Assembly (NCBI GenBank): GCA_964429215.1
Contig: CAYSAY010000001.1
Coordinates: 118,127-182,126 of the forward strand
From: an uncultured Gammaproteobacteria bacterium
GTDB lineage: Bacteria > Patescibacteriota > Microgenomatia > UBA8517
Direction: 5' to 3'
DNA length: 64,000 nucleotides
In this document: one piece after another, positions 1 to 8,530 of the stretch
Layout of the letters: each line of letters begins with the position of its first letter
How positions within the stretch are numbered: the stretch's first letter is position 1
The notes under the pieces: generated by a model
Seen by the model: the letters and a program-made list of their open reading frames with translations, nothing else
What the model was told of the DNA's origin: nothing
The model's database searches: none
Translations under genes and position numbers: made by a program

Positions 1-1
1 A

Positions 2-1501
2 AAAAAAGAAATAGAGGATTTTTTAAACCCCAGAGATCCAAAAGACATTGATATATTAGAATTAGGTATTAAAAAGAGTGGTCTTCAAAGTGTACTTAAA
101 CGAATTGAATTAGCGAAAAAAAATAAAGAAAAGATAGTAATTTATGGTGATTATGATGCAGATGGGGTATGTGCTACTGCAATACTTTGGGAAGCAATGT
201 ATAAGTTGGGTTTTAATGTTATGCCTTTTATACCTGACAGATTTGAGGATGGGTATGGGCTAAAACCAAAAACTGTAATGAGATTAAAGGAAAAGGATAA
301 TGATTTAAAGTTAATTATTACGGTTGATAATGGAATAGTTGCCTATGATGGTATAGAGAAAGCCAAAGAAATGGGGATTGACGTTATCGTTGTTGACCAT
401 CATCAGGCCGGAAAACTAATCCCTAGTCCCTATACCCTTCACTCTACTTTTGTTTGTGGATCTGCTCTGGCATGGTTTTTATCAAGGGAGATAGGGGTGC
501 CAGATGGATTGGATCTTGTGTCCTTAGGTACTATAGCAGATCAGATGCCACTTCTAGGGGTTAATAGATCGTTAGTAAGATTTGGTTTACCAAAACTTTC
601 AAAGACAAAAAGAATTGGACTTCAAAAAATGTTTCAAGAATCTAAACTTGATAATATTGGTGTTTATGATGTAGGGTTTATGATTGCTCCAAGAATTAAT
701 GCGATGGGGAGGCTTGCATCAGCAACTGACTCACTTAGATTTTTATGTACAAGAGATCCTAAAAAAGCAGACGATTTAAATTCAATATTAAATAAAACTA
801 ATATAGAGAGGCAAAAAATTGTAGATGAAGTGTTAATTAAAACACTAGAAAAAGTAAGTACTGACAAAATCATAGTAATTTCCGGGGATTATCATGAAGG
901 TGTAATAGGTTTGGCATCTGGAAAGATTACTGAGAAGTTTTACAGGCCATCGATAGTACTTTCCGAAAATGGCGATGTTTCAAAAGCATCAGCAAGGTCA
1001 ATTGCGGGATTTAATATTATAGAAGCTATTAAGGAAACGGGATTTATTTTGGAAGGCGGAGGTCATCCTATGGCTGCAGGATTTTCTATTGAAACAAGTA
1101 AGATTTCAGATTTTAGAATTAAGATTAATGAATTAGCACAAAAAACACTTACACAAGAAATTTTAGAGAGAAATTTAAAAATTGATATGGAAATAAGTTT
1201 TGAACAAATTAATACTCAATTAATTGATGAATTAAAAAAATTTGAACCAGTAGGACAAGGGAATTATTCTCCAGTATTCACTAGTACTAGTGTGGAAATT
1301 AAAGAAGTAAAGCCTGTTGGAGTTGAAGGGAAACATTTGAAATTAAAGCTTTTACAAAATGGTATAGTAATTGACGCTATTTGGTTTAATACGCAGTACA
1401 AAGTACAAAGTACTAAGTACATAGATGTTGCATACTCAATAGAAGAAAATGTGTGGAATAGTAAAACTACTATTCAGTTGAAAGTGAAAGACCTTAAATA
1501 A
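2..1501 (+). CDS. recJ: Single-stranded-DNA-specific exonuclease RecJ (DHH/DHHA1), 5'-truncated at window edge
   Basis: Frame is open from nt 2 with no stop. Motifs IVIYGDYDADGVCATAIL and VIVVDHHQ (DHH), and the DHHA1-like GGGHPMAAG. The ORF-track Met at 197 is internal. Confidence 0.85.
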   Translation, partial: KKEIEDFLNPRDPKDIDILELGIKKSGLQSVLKRIELAKKNKEKIVIYGDYDADGVCATAILWEAMYKLGFNVMPFIPDRFEDGYGLKPKTVMRLKEKDNDLKLIITVDNGIVAYDGIEKAKEMGIDVIVVDHHQAGKLIPSPYTLHSTFVCGSALAWFLSREIGVPDGLDLVSLGTIADQMPLLGVNRSLVRFGLPKLSKTKRIGLQKMFQESKLDNIGVYDVGFMIAPRINAMGRLASATDSLRFLCTRDPKKADDLNSILNKTNIERQKIVDEVLIKTLEKVSTDKIIVISGDYHEGVIGLASGKITEKFYRPSIVLSENGDVSKASARSIAGFNIIEAIKETGFILEGGGHPMAAGFSIETSKISDFRIKINELAQKTLTQEILERNLKIDMEISFEQINTQLIDELKKFEPVGQGNYSPVFTSTSVEIKEVKPVGVEGKHLKLKLLQNGIVIDAIWFNTQYKVQSTKYIDVAYSIEENVWNSKTTIQLKVKDLK

Positions 1502-1739
1502 TTTTTTTCCCCTTATAAACACGTTTAACCATATCTCCTAAAGTATCAATTACTGCATTCCAATTTGGCTGACCGCTTGAACCTAATTGTTCAATTATTA
1601 CTTCTTGAATTCTATCGTGGCTAATTTGTCTTCCACACAACGCTGCGATACGTTTAGCGAGCACTGATTTGATATCATCTGGTGCATTATAACTATCTAC
1701 GATTTGATCTGTTTTTCCCGTTAATCTGTGTCTTTCCAT
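1494..1739 (-). CDS. hypothetical small protein (81 aa)
   Basis: Non-repetitive ORF with coding-like composition (GC higher than flanks). I do not recognise a family. It overlaps the recJ stop by 8 nt. Confidence 0.4.
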   Translation of the reverse strand: MERHRLTGKTDQIVDSYNAPDDIKSVLAKRIAALCGRQISHDRIQEVIIEQLGSSGQPNWNAVIDTLGDMVKRVYKGKKII

Positions 1740-1751
1740 ATTTTTTTAGAA

Positions 1752-1781
1752 CTAAAAAAAACCTCTTTTGTAAAAGAGGTT
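1752..1781 (-). terminator. Intrinsic-terminator-like hairpin (ACCTCTTTT/AAAAGAGGT) followed by a U-run on the minus strand
   Basis: 9-bp perfect inverted repeat at 1761-1780, with an A8 run immediately 5' on the plus strand (a U-run 3' on the minus strand). Orientation and target transcript are unclear. Confidence 0.35.
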
Positions 1782-1799
1782 TGTCAAACTAACCAGCAA

Positions 1800-2098
1800 G
1801 ACAAACCCCTTAGGTAAAGAGGTTAATTAATGTCTTGACTGATCTATTTAATTTCATTGTCCAAGTAGTTTAGGAAAATAGGTGCTACTTGTCAACCCTT
1901 AATTATAATGATATTATAATTTCCAATAGCATTGACGGTATTAACATACCTGAGCTGAAAGAAGAAATCTTTAAAAAGAAATTAGAACTTTCCGGAGTTG
2001 CCCGTTAAAGCAAATAAATGAAGTTATAAAACTGGGTGGCACCGCGAGATACCTCGCCCCTGTTTCGCAATATTTGCGGAATGGAGGCGAGGTTTTTG
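1800..2098 (+). promoter_or_regulatory. T-box riboswitch leader upstream of aspS (5' boundary approximate)
   Basis: Canonical T-box sequence AAACTGGGTGGCACCGCGAG at 2028-2048 (consensus AATTAGGGTGGNACCGCG). It is immediately followed by a terminator hairpin ACCTCGCC...GGCGAGGT (2051-2093) plus T5, directly 5' of the aspS ATG at 2114. The T-box bulge UGGC is complementary to 3'-GCCA of a G73 tRNA, and tRNA-Asp has G73. A GAC triplet followed by a purine is at 1934-1937 next to a GGTAT/ATACC hairpin. Confidence 0.55.
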
Positions 2099-2113
2099 GT
2101 GTAGAATAAATAT

Positions 2114-3904
2114 ATGAAAAGAACATTGGTTAAAGAAACAATAGAAAAAATTGATGAAACAATCAAGCTACAAGGCTGGGTTAGTACTATTCGTGACCAT
2201 GGAAAAATTACTTTTATTGATCTTAGAGACAGAACCGGAATTATACAATGTGTAGGAAGTAATTTAGAAAAAGTTTCTTTGGAAAGTGTTATTGAGATAG
2301 AAGGTAAAGTTGTCGGAAGACCTGAAAAATTAATAAATAGAGAAATTGAAACTGGCAAGGTCGAATTGCAAATTGAAAAAATGAATATAATTTCTTCTGC
2401 AGAAGAGTTACCTTTTGACATGAGCAAGGATGATTTAAATGTTGATTTGCCTGTTTTACTAGACAATAGAGCTTTAACATTAAGACATTCAAAAATTAAG
2501 GCAATATTTAAAGTTCAAGAAGTAGTAATCGATTCATTTAGAAAAGCTCTTCAGTCAAGAGATTTTACTGAATTTCAAGCTCCAAGCATTATTTCTTCCG
2601 CACCTGAAGGTGGTGCAGAAATATTTGAAGTAAAGTATTTTGGGCATAAGACTTATTTGGCTCAGAGCCCACAACTTTATAAATCTTTGCTTGTAAGTAT
2701 TTTTGAACGCGTCTTTTCTGTAAATAAAGTATTTCGAGCTGAACCATCAGTTACTACTCGTCATTTAACAGAGGTTGTAAGTTTAGATGCAGAGTTTGGA
2801 TTTATCGAAGATTATATGGAAGTCAAAGAAATGGCTGAATATACAATAAAATTTATTCTTGACGAAGTTTCTAAAAAGTGTGCAAAAGAATTAGAAATGT
2901 GGGGAGCTACAATTCCGTCTGTCTCTAAAAGTATACCAATTATTAAATTGAGAGATGCTCAAAAAATTATATTTGAAAGAACCGGAAGAGATTGTAGAGA
3001 AGAAAAGGACTTTGCTCCGGAAGATGAAAGAGAAATTTGTAGATGGTCAAAAGAAGTCCACGGTTCTGACCTTGTTTTTGTAAGTCACTATCCTACAAAG
3101 TATAGACCATTTTATACTTATCCTGATCCAGAAGATCCAGAATTTAACATGGGATTTGATTTAATTGGAAGAGGTACAGAGTGGATGACGGGCGGAAGAA
3201 GAATTCATGATTACAAAACACTTTTAGAACATGTTAAAGAATGGAACATCACTCCAGAAAATATTGAACTTTATTTGCAAGCATTTAAATATGGTACGCC
3301 TCCTCTTGGAGGATTTGCATTTGGTGCTGAAAGAATCACTATGCATATTTTAGGACTCAAAAATGTTCGCGAGGCTTCACTTTTCCCAAGAGATATGGAA
3401 AGAGTTGACATCAGATTATCTAAAACAGATAAAAAAGTAGAAGGGAATGATGTATATGGAAATATTTTGGAGTTGCTTGATGAAAATGAAATTGAATATC
3501 AAAAATATGAACATGAGCCAGTGTTTACAAGTGAGGAAGCTGCAAAGATAAGAGAAACAAGTATTCACCAAGGAGCTAAAGCTTTGGTTTTGCAGGCTGA
3601 CAAAGAATTTGTAATGTTAGTTTTGCCTGCTGATTTAAAAGCAGATTTGGATATATTTAAAAAGGCTAAATCTTTTAAGAAACTTGTAATGGCATCAAAA
3701 GAAAGTGTTAAAGCTAAAACTGGGCTAGAAGTTGGTTGCATTCCACCATTTGGATCATTGTTAGGATTAAAAACATTTGTAGATTCTAGATTGTCTGAAA
3801 ATGATGAGATTGCCTTTAACGCTGGGAGACATGATAAATCAGTTAAAATGAACTATAAAGATTATATAAAGGCAGAAAACCCTGAAGTTATTAACTTCAA
3901 CTAA
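2114..3904 (+). CDS. aspS: Aspartyl-tRNA synthetase (archaeal/short type, no GAD insertion) fused in-frame to a C-terminal YbaK/ProX-type aminoacyl-tRNA deacylase domain
   Basis: N-terminal OB fold. Class II motifs FRAE...R, GGFAFGAERITMHILG and the LFPRD tail, which ends the AspRS core near aa 435. Residues about 450-596 (NILELLDENEIEYQKYEHEP...KALVL...GCIPPFG) align with E. coli YbaK ([21 protein letters not shown]...KTLLV...GGISPLG). No in-frame stop or convincing internal start lies between the two parts. Confidence 0.8.
   Translation: MKRTLVKETIEKIDETIKLQGWVSTIRDHGKITFIDLRDRTGIIQCVGSNLEKVSLESVIEIEGKVVGRPEKLINREIETGKVELQIEKMNIISSAEELPFDMSKDDLNVDLPVLLDNRALTLRHSKIKAIFKVQEVVIDSFRKALQSRDFTEFQAPSIISSAPEGGAEIFEVKYFGHKTYLAQSPQLYKSLLVSIFERVFSVNKVFRAEPSVTTRHLTEVVSLDAEFGFIEDYMEVKEMAEYTIKFILDEVSKKCAKELEMWGATIPSVSKSIPIIKLRDAQKIIFERTGRDCREEKDFAPEDEREICRWSKEVHGSDLVFVSHYPTKYRPFYTYPDPEDPEFNMGFDLIGRGTEWMTGGRRIHDYKTLLEHVKEWNITPENIELYLQAFKYGTPPLGGFAFGAERITMHILGLKNVREASLFPRDMERVDIRLSKTDKKVEGNDVYGNILELLDENEIEYQKYEHEPVFTSEEAAKIRETSIHQGAKALVLQADKEFVMLVLPADLKADLDIFKKAKSFKKLVMASKESVKAKTGLEVGCIPPFGSLLGLKTFVDSRLSENDEIAFNAGRHDKSVKMNYKDYIKAENPEVINFN
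3461..3901 (+). other. YbaK/ProX-like trans-editing deacylase domain within the aspS ORF
   Basis: Alignment to YbaK over its whole length, including the YEHxP, KxLVL and G(C/G)I(P/S)P(F/L)G motifs. Confidence 0.7.
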
Positions 3905-3917
3905 TAGTTTACAGAAA

Positions 3918-4826
3918 ATGAAAATTAATCTTCTATATTTATCACTCTTATCTTTTGTGTTAATTTCAACAACTGCAATATCATTAAATAATGGATTTGA
4001 TGAAGTTGTGACATTTGTCTATCCTGAAAAAGTTGCTAAAGCTTACTCACCACTACCGATTTTAAAAGATGGAGCAAGATTTCCTATACTTTCGTCACAA
4101 TCTGTAATGGCTGTTGATTTAGTTTCTGGTGTGACTTTGTACGAGAAAGATCCAAATAAGGCGCTTTTGCCTGCTTCTACTACAAAAATTGTTACAGCAC
4201 TTGTAGCACTTGATACATACGAGCTTGACTCTGTTTTAAAAGTCGGAAGAGTAAATGTGGAAGGTCAAAAGATGGGGCTTGTTATGGGGGAGGAGATGAA
4301 ATTTATAGATCTTTTAAATGGACTTTTAATTTACTCGGCCAACGATGCAGCCGAGGTCTTGGCACAAAATCATCCAGGTGGAAGAGCTTTGTTTATAGGT
4401 TTAATGAATAAGAAAATAAAGGATTTGGGATTAACAAATACACATTTTACTAATCCTGTTGGACTTGATGATGGTGCGCAGTATTCTACTACTCGTGATT
4501 TGGTAGTGGTTTCAAAATTTGCAATGAAGAATCCTATTTTTTCTCAAATTGTTGGGACAAAGGATAAAACAGTAACGAGTGTTGATGGCCGAATTGTGCA
4601 TAAATTGACCAATATTAATAAATTATTAGGTGTTGTTCCGGGAGTAATGGGAGTTAAGACAGGATGGACCGAAAATGCTAGAGAGAATCTTGTAACTTAT
4701 ATAGAACGTGAAGATAAAAAGGTGATGATAGTTGTACTAGGAAGTTCAGATCGATTTGGGGAAACTAAAGAATTGATTGAATGGATATTTGATAGTTATT
4801 CTTGGCAAGAAGTAAAACCTGATTGA
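3918..4826 (+). CDS. D-alanyl-D-alanine carboxypeptidase (peptidase S11, PBP5/6-like) with N-terminal signal/anchor
   Basis: SxxK (ASTTK), SxN (YSAND) and KTG (VKTGWT) motifs. Hydrophobic N-terminus. Confidence 0.85.
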   Translation: MKINLLYLSLLSFVLISTTAISLNNGFDEVVTFVYPEKVAKAYSPLPILKDGARFPILSSQSVMAVDLVSGVTLYEKDPNKALLPASTTKIVTALVALDTYELDSVLKVGRVNVEGQKMGLVMGEEMKFIDLLNGLLIYSANDAAEVLAQNHPGGRALFIGLMNKKIKDLGLTNTHFTNPVGLDDGAQYSTTRDLVVVSKFAMKNPIFSQIVGTKDKTVTSVDGRIVHKLTNINKLLGVVPGVMGVKTGWTENARENLVTYIEREDKKVMIVVLGSSDRFGETKELIEWIFDSYSWQEVKPD

Positions 4827-4829
4827 TAA

Positions 4830-5876
4830 TTATTCCCCAATGAAATCATCAGTTACTGCTGGTACGTATCCTACAAAGTCTTTGTCTCCCGTAAATACGA
4901 ATATAGGTTGTAGGAATTCTGTGTAAATTCCTGCATCATAATAGGCAAGATAAATTTTTCTTATTTTTATATTATCTCCTTCAATTGTACTGCCTTGAGA
5001 AGCTGTAAAATATTTACCTTCTAAAAATTCTTTCCATGCATTGTCCGATGATTTAATTGGATAAGTTGCGAATTGAGTTTCATCTACAGGGAAATAATGA
5101 TATTCTCCTGCAATAATTTCTCTTCCTCTTTCTTTAATACCACTTACCATAAACCATATATTGGCTTCGCCTGGAGTGTCGGTTAATACTGGTAATTCAT
5201 CATAATTTTTTCTAAAAATATCAATTCTTACAAGGTTTGCATCAGATTGAGCTAAAGCTGGTATAAATCCTCCTGCCTGAGTTTTTAAGTACTTATGATC
5301 AATTGGGCCTGTTAAGTCTTCAGGTAATAATTCTGCTGACCCTAAATAACTTTTTATTGTTGAAAGCGCAAGTTCTGGTTGTGGAGGTCGAGTGGAAATA
5401 GGTGATGGATCAGCGTTTAAGTCATAACTAATTGAAAATGACCCTGTAACTATATTGGTTTCAAGTGTCGCTGGGTTATCTTTATTGTTAAATTTATAGA
5501 TAGACTCAGTTATTTGCTGTGCTTCTGGAACAAATCCAAGTTTTTTTGCTTTTTCGCTTGCAAAATCAAGAGAAAGTAAATTTGATGATATTTTTGGCAT
5601 AAAATAAACTTTAATTAAATTTGAAACAGTAGGAAGCGATCCGTCAGCAGTTTCAAGTAAAAAATTGATGTTTAAATTTGTTCTTTCTGGTAATTTTAAC
5701 TTTGGAAGTTTACCAAAGGCAACAGTTGCAGGTGTCGGTGGTGGAGGAAATATCTTTTTATATAATAAAACGCCACTATTAAACATAATCCTAAGCAATA
5801 CAAAACCTATAATACTGTAGATGATATATCTAACTGTTTTTCTTGATGTTATTGATGCTTCTGTAAGTGTGGCCAT
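4830..5876 (-). CDS. hypothetical membrane-anchored protein
   Basis: Long ORF with one N-terminal TM (IIYSIIGFVLLRIMF) followed by a polyproline stretch. The start is probably Met15 of the track ORF at 5876, because the 5918 start would sit within 25 nt of the gltX ATG. Confidence 0.5.
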   Translation of the reverse strand: MATLTEASITSRKTVRYIIYSIIGFVLLRIMFNSGVLLYKKIFPPPPTPATVAFGKLPKLKLPERTNLNINFLLETADGSLPTVSNLIKVYFMPKISSNLLSLDFASEKAKKLGFVPEAQQITESIYKFNNKDNPATLETNIVTGSFSISYDLNADPSPISTRPPQPELALSTIKSYLGSAELLPEDLTGPIDHKYLKTQAGGFIPALAQSDANLVRIDIFRKNYDELPVLTDTPGEANIWFMVSGIKERGREIIAGEYHYFPVDETQFATYPIKSSDNAWKEFLEGKYFTASQGSTIEGDNIKIRKIYLAYYDAGIYTEFLQPIFVFTGDKDFVGYVPAVTDDFIGE

Positions 5877-5924
5877 GATATGATATTTTAGCATCTGCGA
5901 TGCTATGAGATTCAGCATTCACAA

Positions 5925-5933
5925 TGCTATAAT
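5925..5933 (+). promoter_or_regulatory. Extended -10 promoter element (TGcTATAAT) for gltX; near-leaderless transcript
   Basis: TGCTATAAT at 5925-5933 lies 9 nt upstream of the gltX ATG (5943). There is no Shine-Dalgarno sequence. Confidence 0.4.
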
Positions 5934-5942
5934 AATTCTAAC

Positions 5943-7235
5943 ATGAGAACTAGATTTGCACCAAGCCCAACAGGATTCTTGCATATTGGAGGATTACGCA
6001 CAGCATTGTATGCATATGCGATGGCTAAACACGAGGGAGGAGAGTTTATACTTCGTATTGAAGATACTGATCAAAAAAGAGAAGTTGAAGGATCAACCGA
6101 TGCACTCCAAGTTACTTTGAAAAAATTTGGGATTGTATGGGATGAATTTTATATTCAATCTGAAAGGCATAAAAGTGGAATATATAAAAAAGCTGCAGAA
6201 AAACTTGTAGCTGAAGGTCACGCATTTTATTGTCAATGCAAACCTAAAAATGCGAAGGAAGAAGGTTTTTCTATTGAACTTCGTGATCCATGTAGAGATT
6301 TGAAATTAACTTCTGGAGCAATTAAGTTGAGAGTCCCTGATGGCGAGATGGTTAAATACACAGATTTTGTTCATAAAAAAGAAATATCTTGGAAAACAGA
6401 TACTGTATATGATGCAACACTTTTAAAATCGGACGGTTTTCCTACCTATCATTTAGCAGCAATGACAGATGATATTGATATGAAAATTACGCATATAATA
6501 AGGGGTCACGATTGGATGCCTTCAACTCCAATTCATCTTTTGGTATTTAAATATCTTGGTGGACCAACTCCTGAGATTGGTCATCCTACTGATATTTTGT
6601 CTGCTGAAACAGGAAAAAAATTATCAAAAAGAAGAGACTCTGTTTTTTGTGAACAATTTTTAGATGAAGGATATTTACCTGAAGCACTTTTAAATTTCAT
6701 TTTTCTTTTAGGTTGGGCTCCAAAAGATAACAGAGAACTTTATACATTGGAAGAAATGGTTAAGTTTTTTGATTCAAATGGATTTCAAGATGCAAACCCT
6801 AGATTTTTTAGAGAAAAACTAGATTGGTTTAATGGTCAATATATTCGTAAACTATCAGTCGACAATTTGTTGGAAAAATTAGGGATTGATAATAATCAAA
6901 AAAATAAATCAATAGTTGCCCTAATTCAAGATCGATTAGAAAAACTATCAGATTTTAAAGTACTTACTAAATTTTTCTATGAACAACCGGAAGTAGACGC
7001 TAGCGCGTGTGGAGAGAACTACAAAGAGCATCTAGTAAAGGCTATAGAGGGCATTAAAGATGATAAAGATTTGATGGAAGTTGTCAAAGAAAATAACTTT
7101 AAGACTGGCGACTTCTTTATGAGTTTGAGAGTCGCAATTACAGGTATGAAATTCACACCACCAATCAATGAATCAATTGTAATTTTGGGTAAAGAAGAAA
7201 CGCTTTCAAGGCTTCGCCTTGTAGTTAATAGTTAA
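5943..7235 (+). CDS. gltX: Glutamyl-tRNA synthetase
   Basis: HIGH motif (PSPTGFLHIGG) and KMSKS (KLSKR). Class I Glu/Gln-RS catalytic core, 430 aa. Confidence 0.85.
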   Translation: MRTRFAPSPTGFLHIGGLRTALYAYAMAKHEGGEFILRIEDTDQKREVEGSTDALQVTLKKFGIVWDEFYIQSERHKSGIYKKAAEKLVAEGHAFYCQCKPKNAKEEGFSIELRDPCRDLKLTSGAIKLRVPDGEMVKYTDFVHKKEISWKTDTVYDATLLKSDGFPTYHLAAMTDDIDMKITHIIRGHDWMPSTPIHLLVFKYLGGPTPEIGHPTDILSAETGKKLSKRRDSVFCEQFLDEGYLPEALLNFIFLLGWAPKDNRELYTLEEMVKFFDSNGFQDANPRFFREKLDWFNGQYIRKLSVDNLLEKLGIDNNQKNKSIVALIQDRLEKLSDFKVLTKFFYEQPEVDASACGENYKEHLVKAIEGIKDDKDLMEVVKENNFKTGDFFMSLRVAITGMKFTPPINESIVILGKEETLSRLRLVVNS

Positions 7236-7254
7236 AAATTAATAGTTAATAAAT

Positions 7255-8184
7255 ATGCAACAAACTGCTCAATCAACCTTTCGAGATAAACTAAAGTTAA
7301 AGAGCATAGAAACTCAAAATTCATTTAGAAAAAACTTTCCTGAAGCACATCAGTTCTTGCTTGAGAAAGGAATTGAGTTAAAAAGAATTAGACAACATTC
7401 TGCTAAGTTAATTTCGGCTGGTGCATTAACAGGAACTTTGTTGTTAACACCTCCAACTGGGGCAGGTTCATTACCTAGTCCTAATGAAATTGTACAAAGC
7501 TTTAATAATGATGAAAGTAATGAAGATAGATTGCCACAAAAGGAATTAATAGATTCTTTAAAAGTTATGCTTCCAGAAAATGTTAGATCTCTCTCAAGAG
7601 ATGAGGAAAAGAAAATAGAGCAAGTTTTTAAAGATACTGCAAATATTAACGCTAAAGCAACACTTGAAGGAGAGCATCTAAATACTACGTATGGATATAT
7701 TGGAGCTGAACAACATTTAAAAAGATATCCAGGAGATATTTTAGAAAATCACGGTCCTTATTACAAGGAAGGTATGGCGCCTGGACTTGGTGCATGGGGA
7801 TATTTTTCAAAATCAAGAGAAAGTTTAACAGATCAATTAATAGAAACAGAAAAATGGTATTCTGTTGTCCAAACTTTGTATTTACATGATTGGAATACAA
7901 GGCAACCTTATATGAAGAACTGGTATAAGCATAGAAAGCTTCTAATAGTAAATACAAAAAACGGGAATGCTGTTGTAACAGCAATTTCTGATGCTGGGCC
8001 AGCTGCTTTTACAGGGAAACATTTTGGAGGCAGTCCTGAAGTTATGGAGTATTTAGGTGGTTCTAGGTATAAAAAAGGTGCAGTTTTGGCATTTTTTATT
8101 GATGATCCTGAAAATAAAGTTAAATTAGGACCGGTAAAGTATAATGAGATTAATATAGCAAAGGAGAATTTAATACAAATATGA
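7255..8184 (+). CDS. hypothetical exported protein, possible RlpA-like double-psi beta-barrel (DPBB) C-terminal domain
   Basis: N-terminal hydrophobic segment. The C-terminal KLLIVNTKNGNAVVTAISDAGP...GGSPEVMEYLG resembles the RlpA/expansin DPBB pattern (V.V.N..NG.sV.v.I.DrGP). This is a weak call. Confidence 0.35.
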   Translation: MQQTAQSTFRDKLKLKSIETQNSFRKNFPEAHQFLLEKGIELKRIRQHSAKLISAGALTGTLLLTPPTGAGSLPSPNEIVQSFNNDESNEDRLPQKELIDSLKVMLPENVRSLSRDEEKKIEQVFKDTANINAKATLEGEHLNTTYGYIGAEQHLKRYPGDILENHGPYYKEGMAPGLGAWGYFSKSRESLTDQLIETEKWYSVVQTLYLHDWNTRQPYMKNWYKHRKLLIVNTKNGNAVVTAISDAGPAAFTGKHFGGSPEVMEYLGGSRYKKGAVLAFFIDDPENKVKLGPVKYNEINIAKENLIQI

Positions 8185-8203
8185 GATTCAATATAAAAAT
8201 ATT

Positions 8204-8530
8204 ATGAGCATTCTATTTTTCGACAAATTAATTGTTCTAGATAAATTGGATAATCATATCAAAAAAAGATATGAGTCAAATGAAGAGAGACAAGAAATTT
8301 GGCAAATTGTAGAGGAAATTTTGCATCATAAGGTAATGGGTTGTGTCTTAAATCATTTACCTAAAATTCACCATAATGAATTTTTAGAAAAATTTCATAA
8401 ACATCCATATGATGAAAGTATAATTGAATTTTTGAGTGAGAAATCAAAAAAAGATATGAAAAAAATAATTAAAGAGGAGATTAAGCTACTAACTAAGGAT
8501 CTCCTCCTTCTTGACTCTCACAAAGTGTAG
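8204..8530 (+). CDS. hypothetical protein (108 aa)
   Basis: ORF only. Charged, helical-looking. No recognised family. Confidence 0.3.
   Translation: MSILFFDKLIVLDKLDNHIKKRYESNEERQEIWQIVEEILHHKVMGCVLNHLPKIHHNEFLEKFHKHPYDESIIEFLSEKSKKDMKKIIKEEIKLLTKDLLLLDSHKV

Noticed and set aside
2005-2492. Minus-strand ORFs (153 and 67 aa) overlapping the 5' end of aspS
   Set aside because: They lie entirely antisense to a strongly conserved aaRS N-terminus and to the T-box terminator, and their translations are low-complexity and hydrophobic. They are shadow ORFs.
3447-3470. Possibility that the YbaK-like region is a separate gene starting at an internal TTG
   Set aside because: No stop codon separates it from the AspRS core, and no SD precedes the in-frame TTG codons. 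The region is treated as a genuine translational fusion pending read-level verification.
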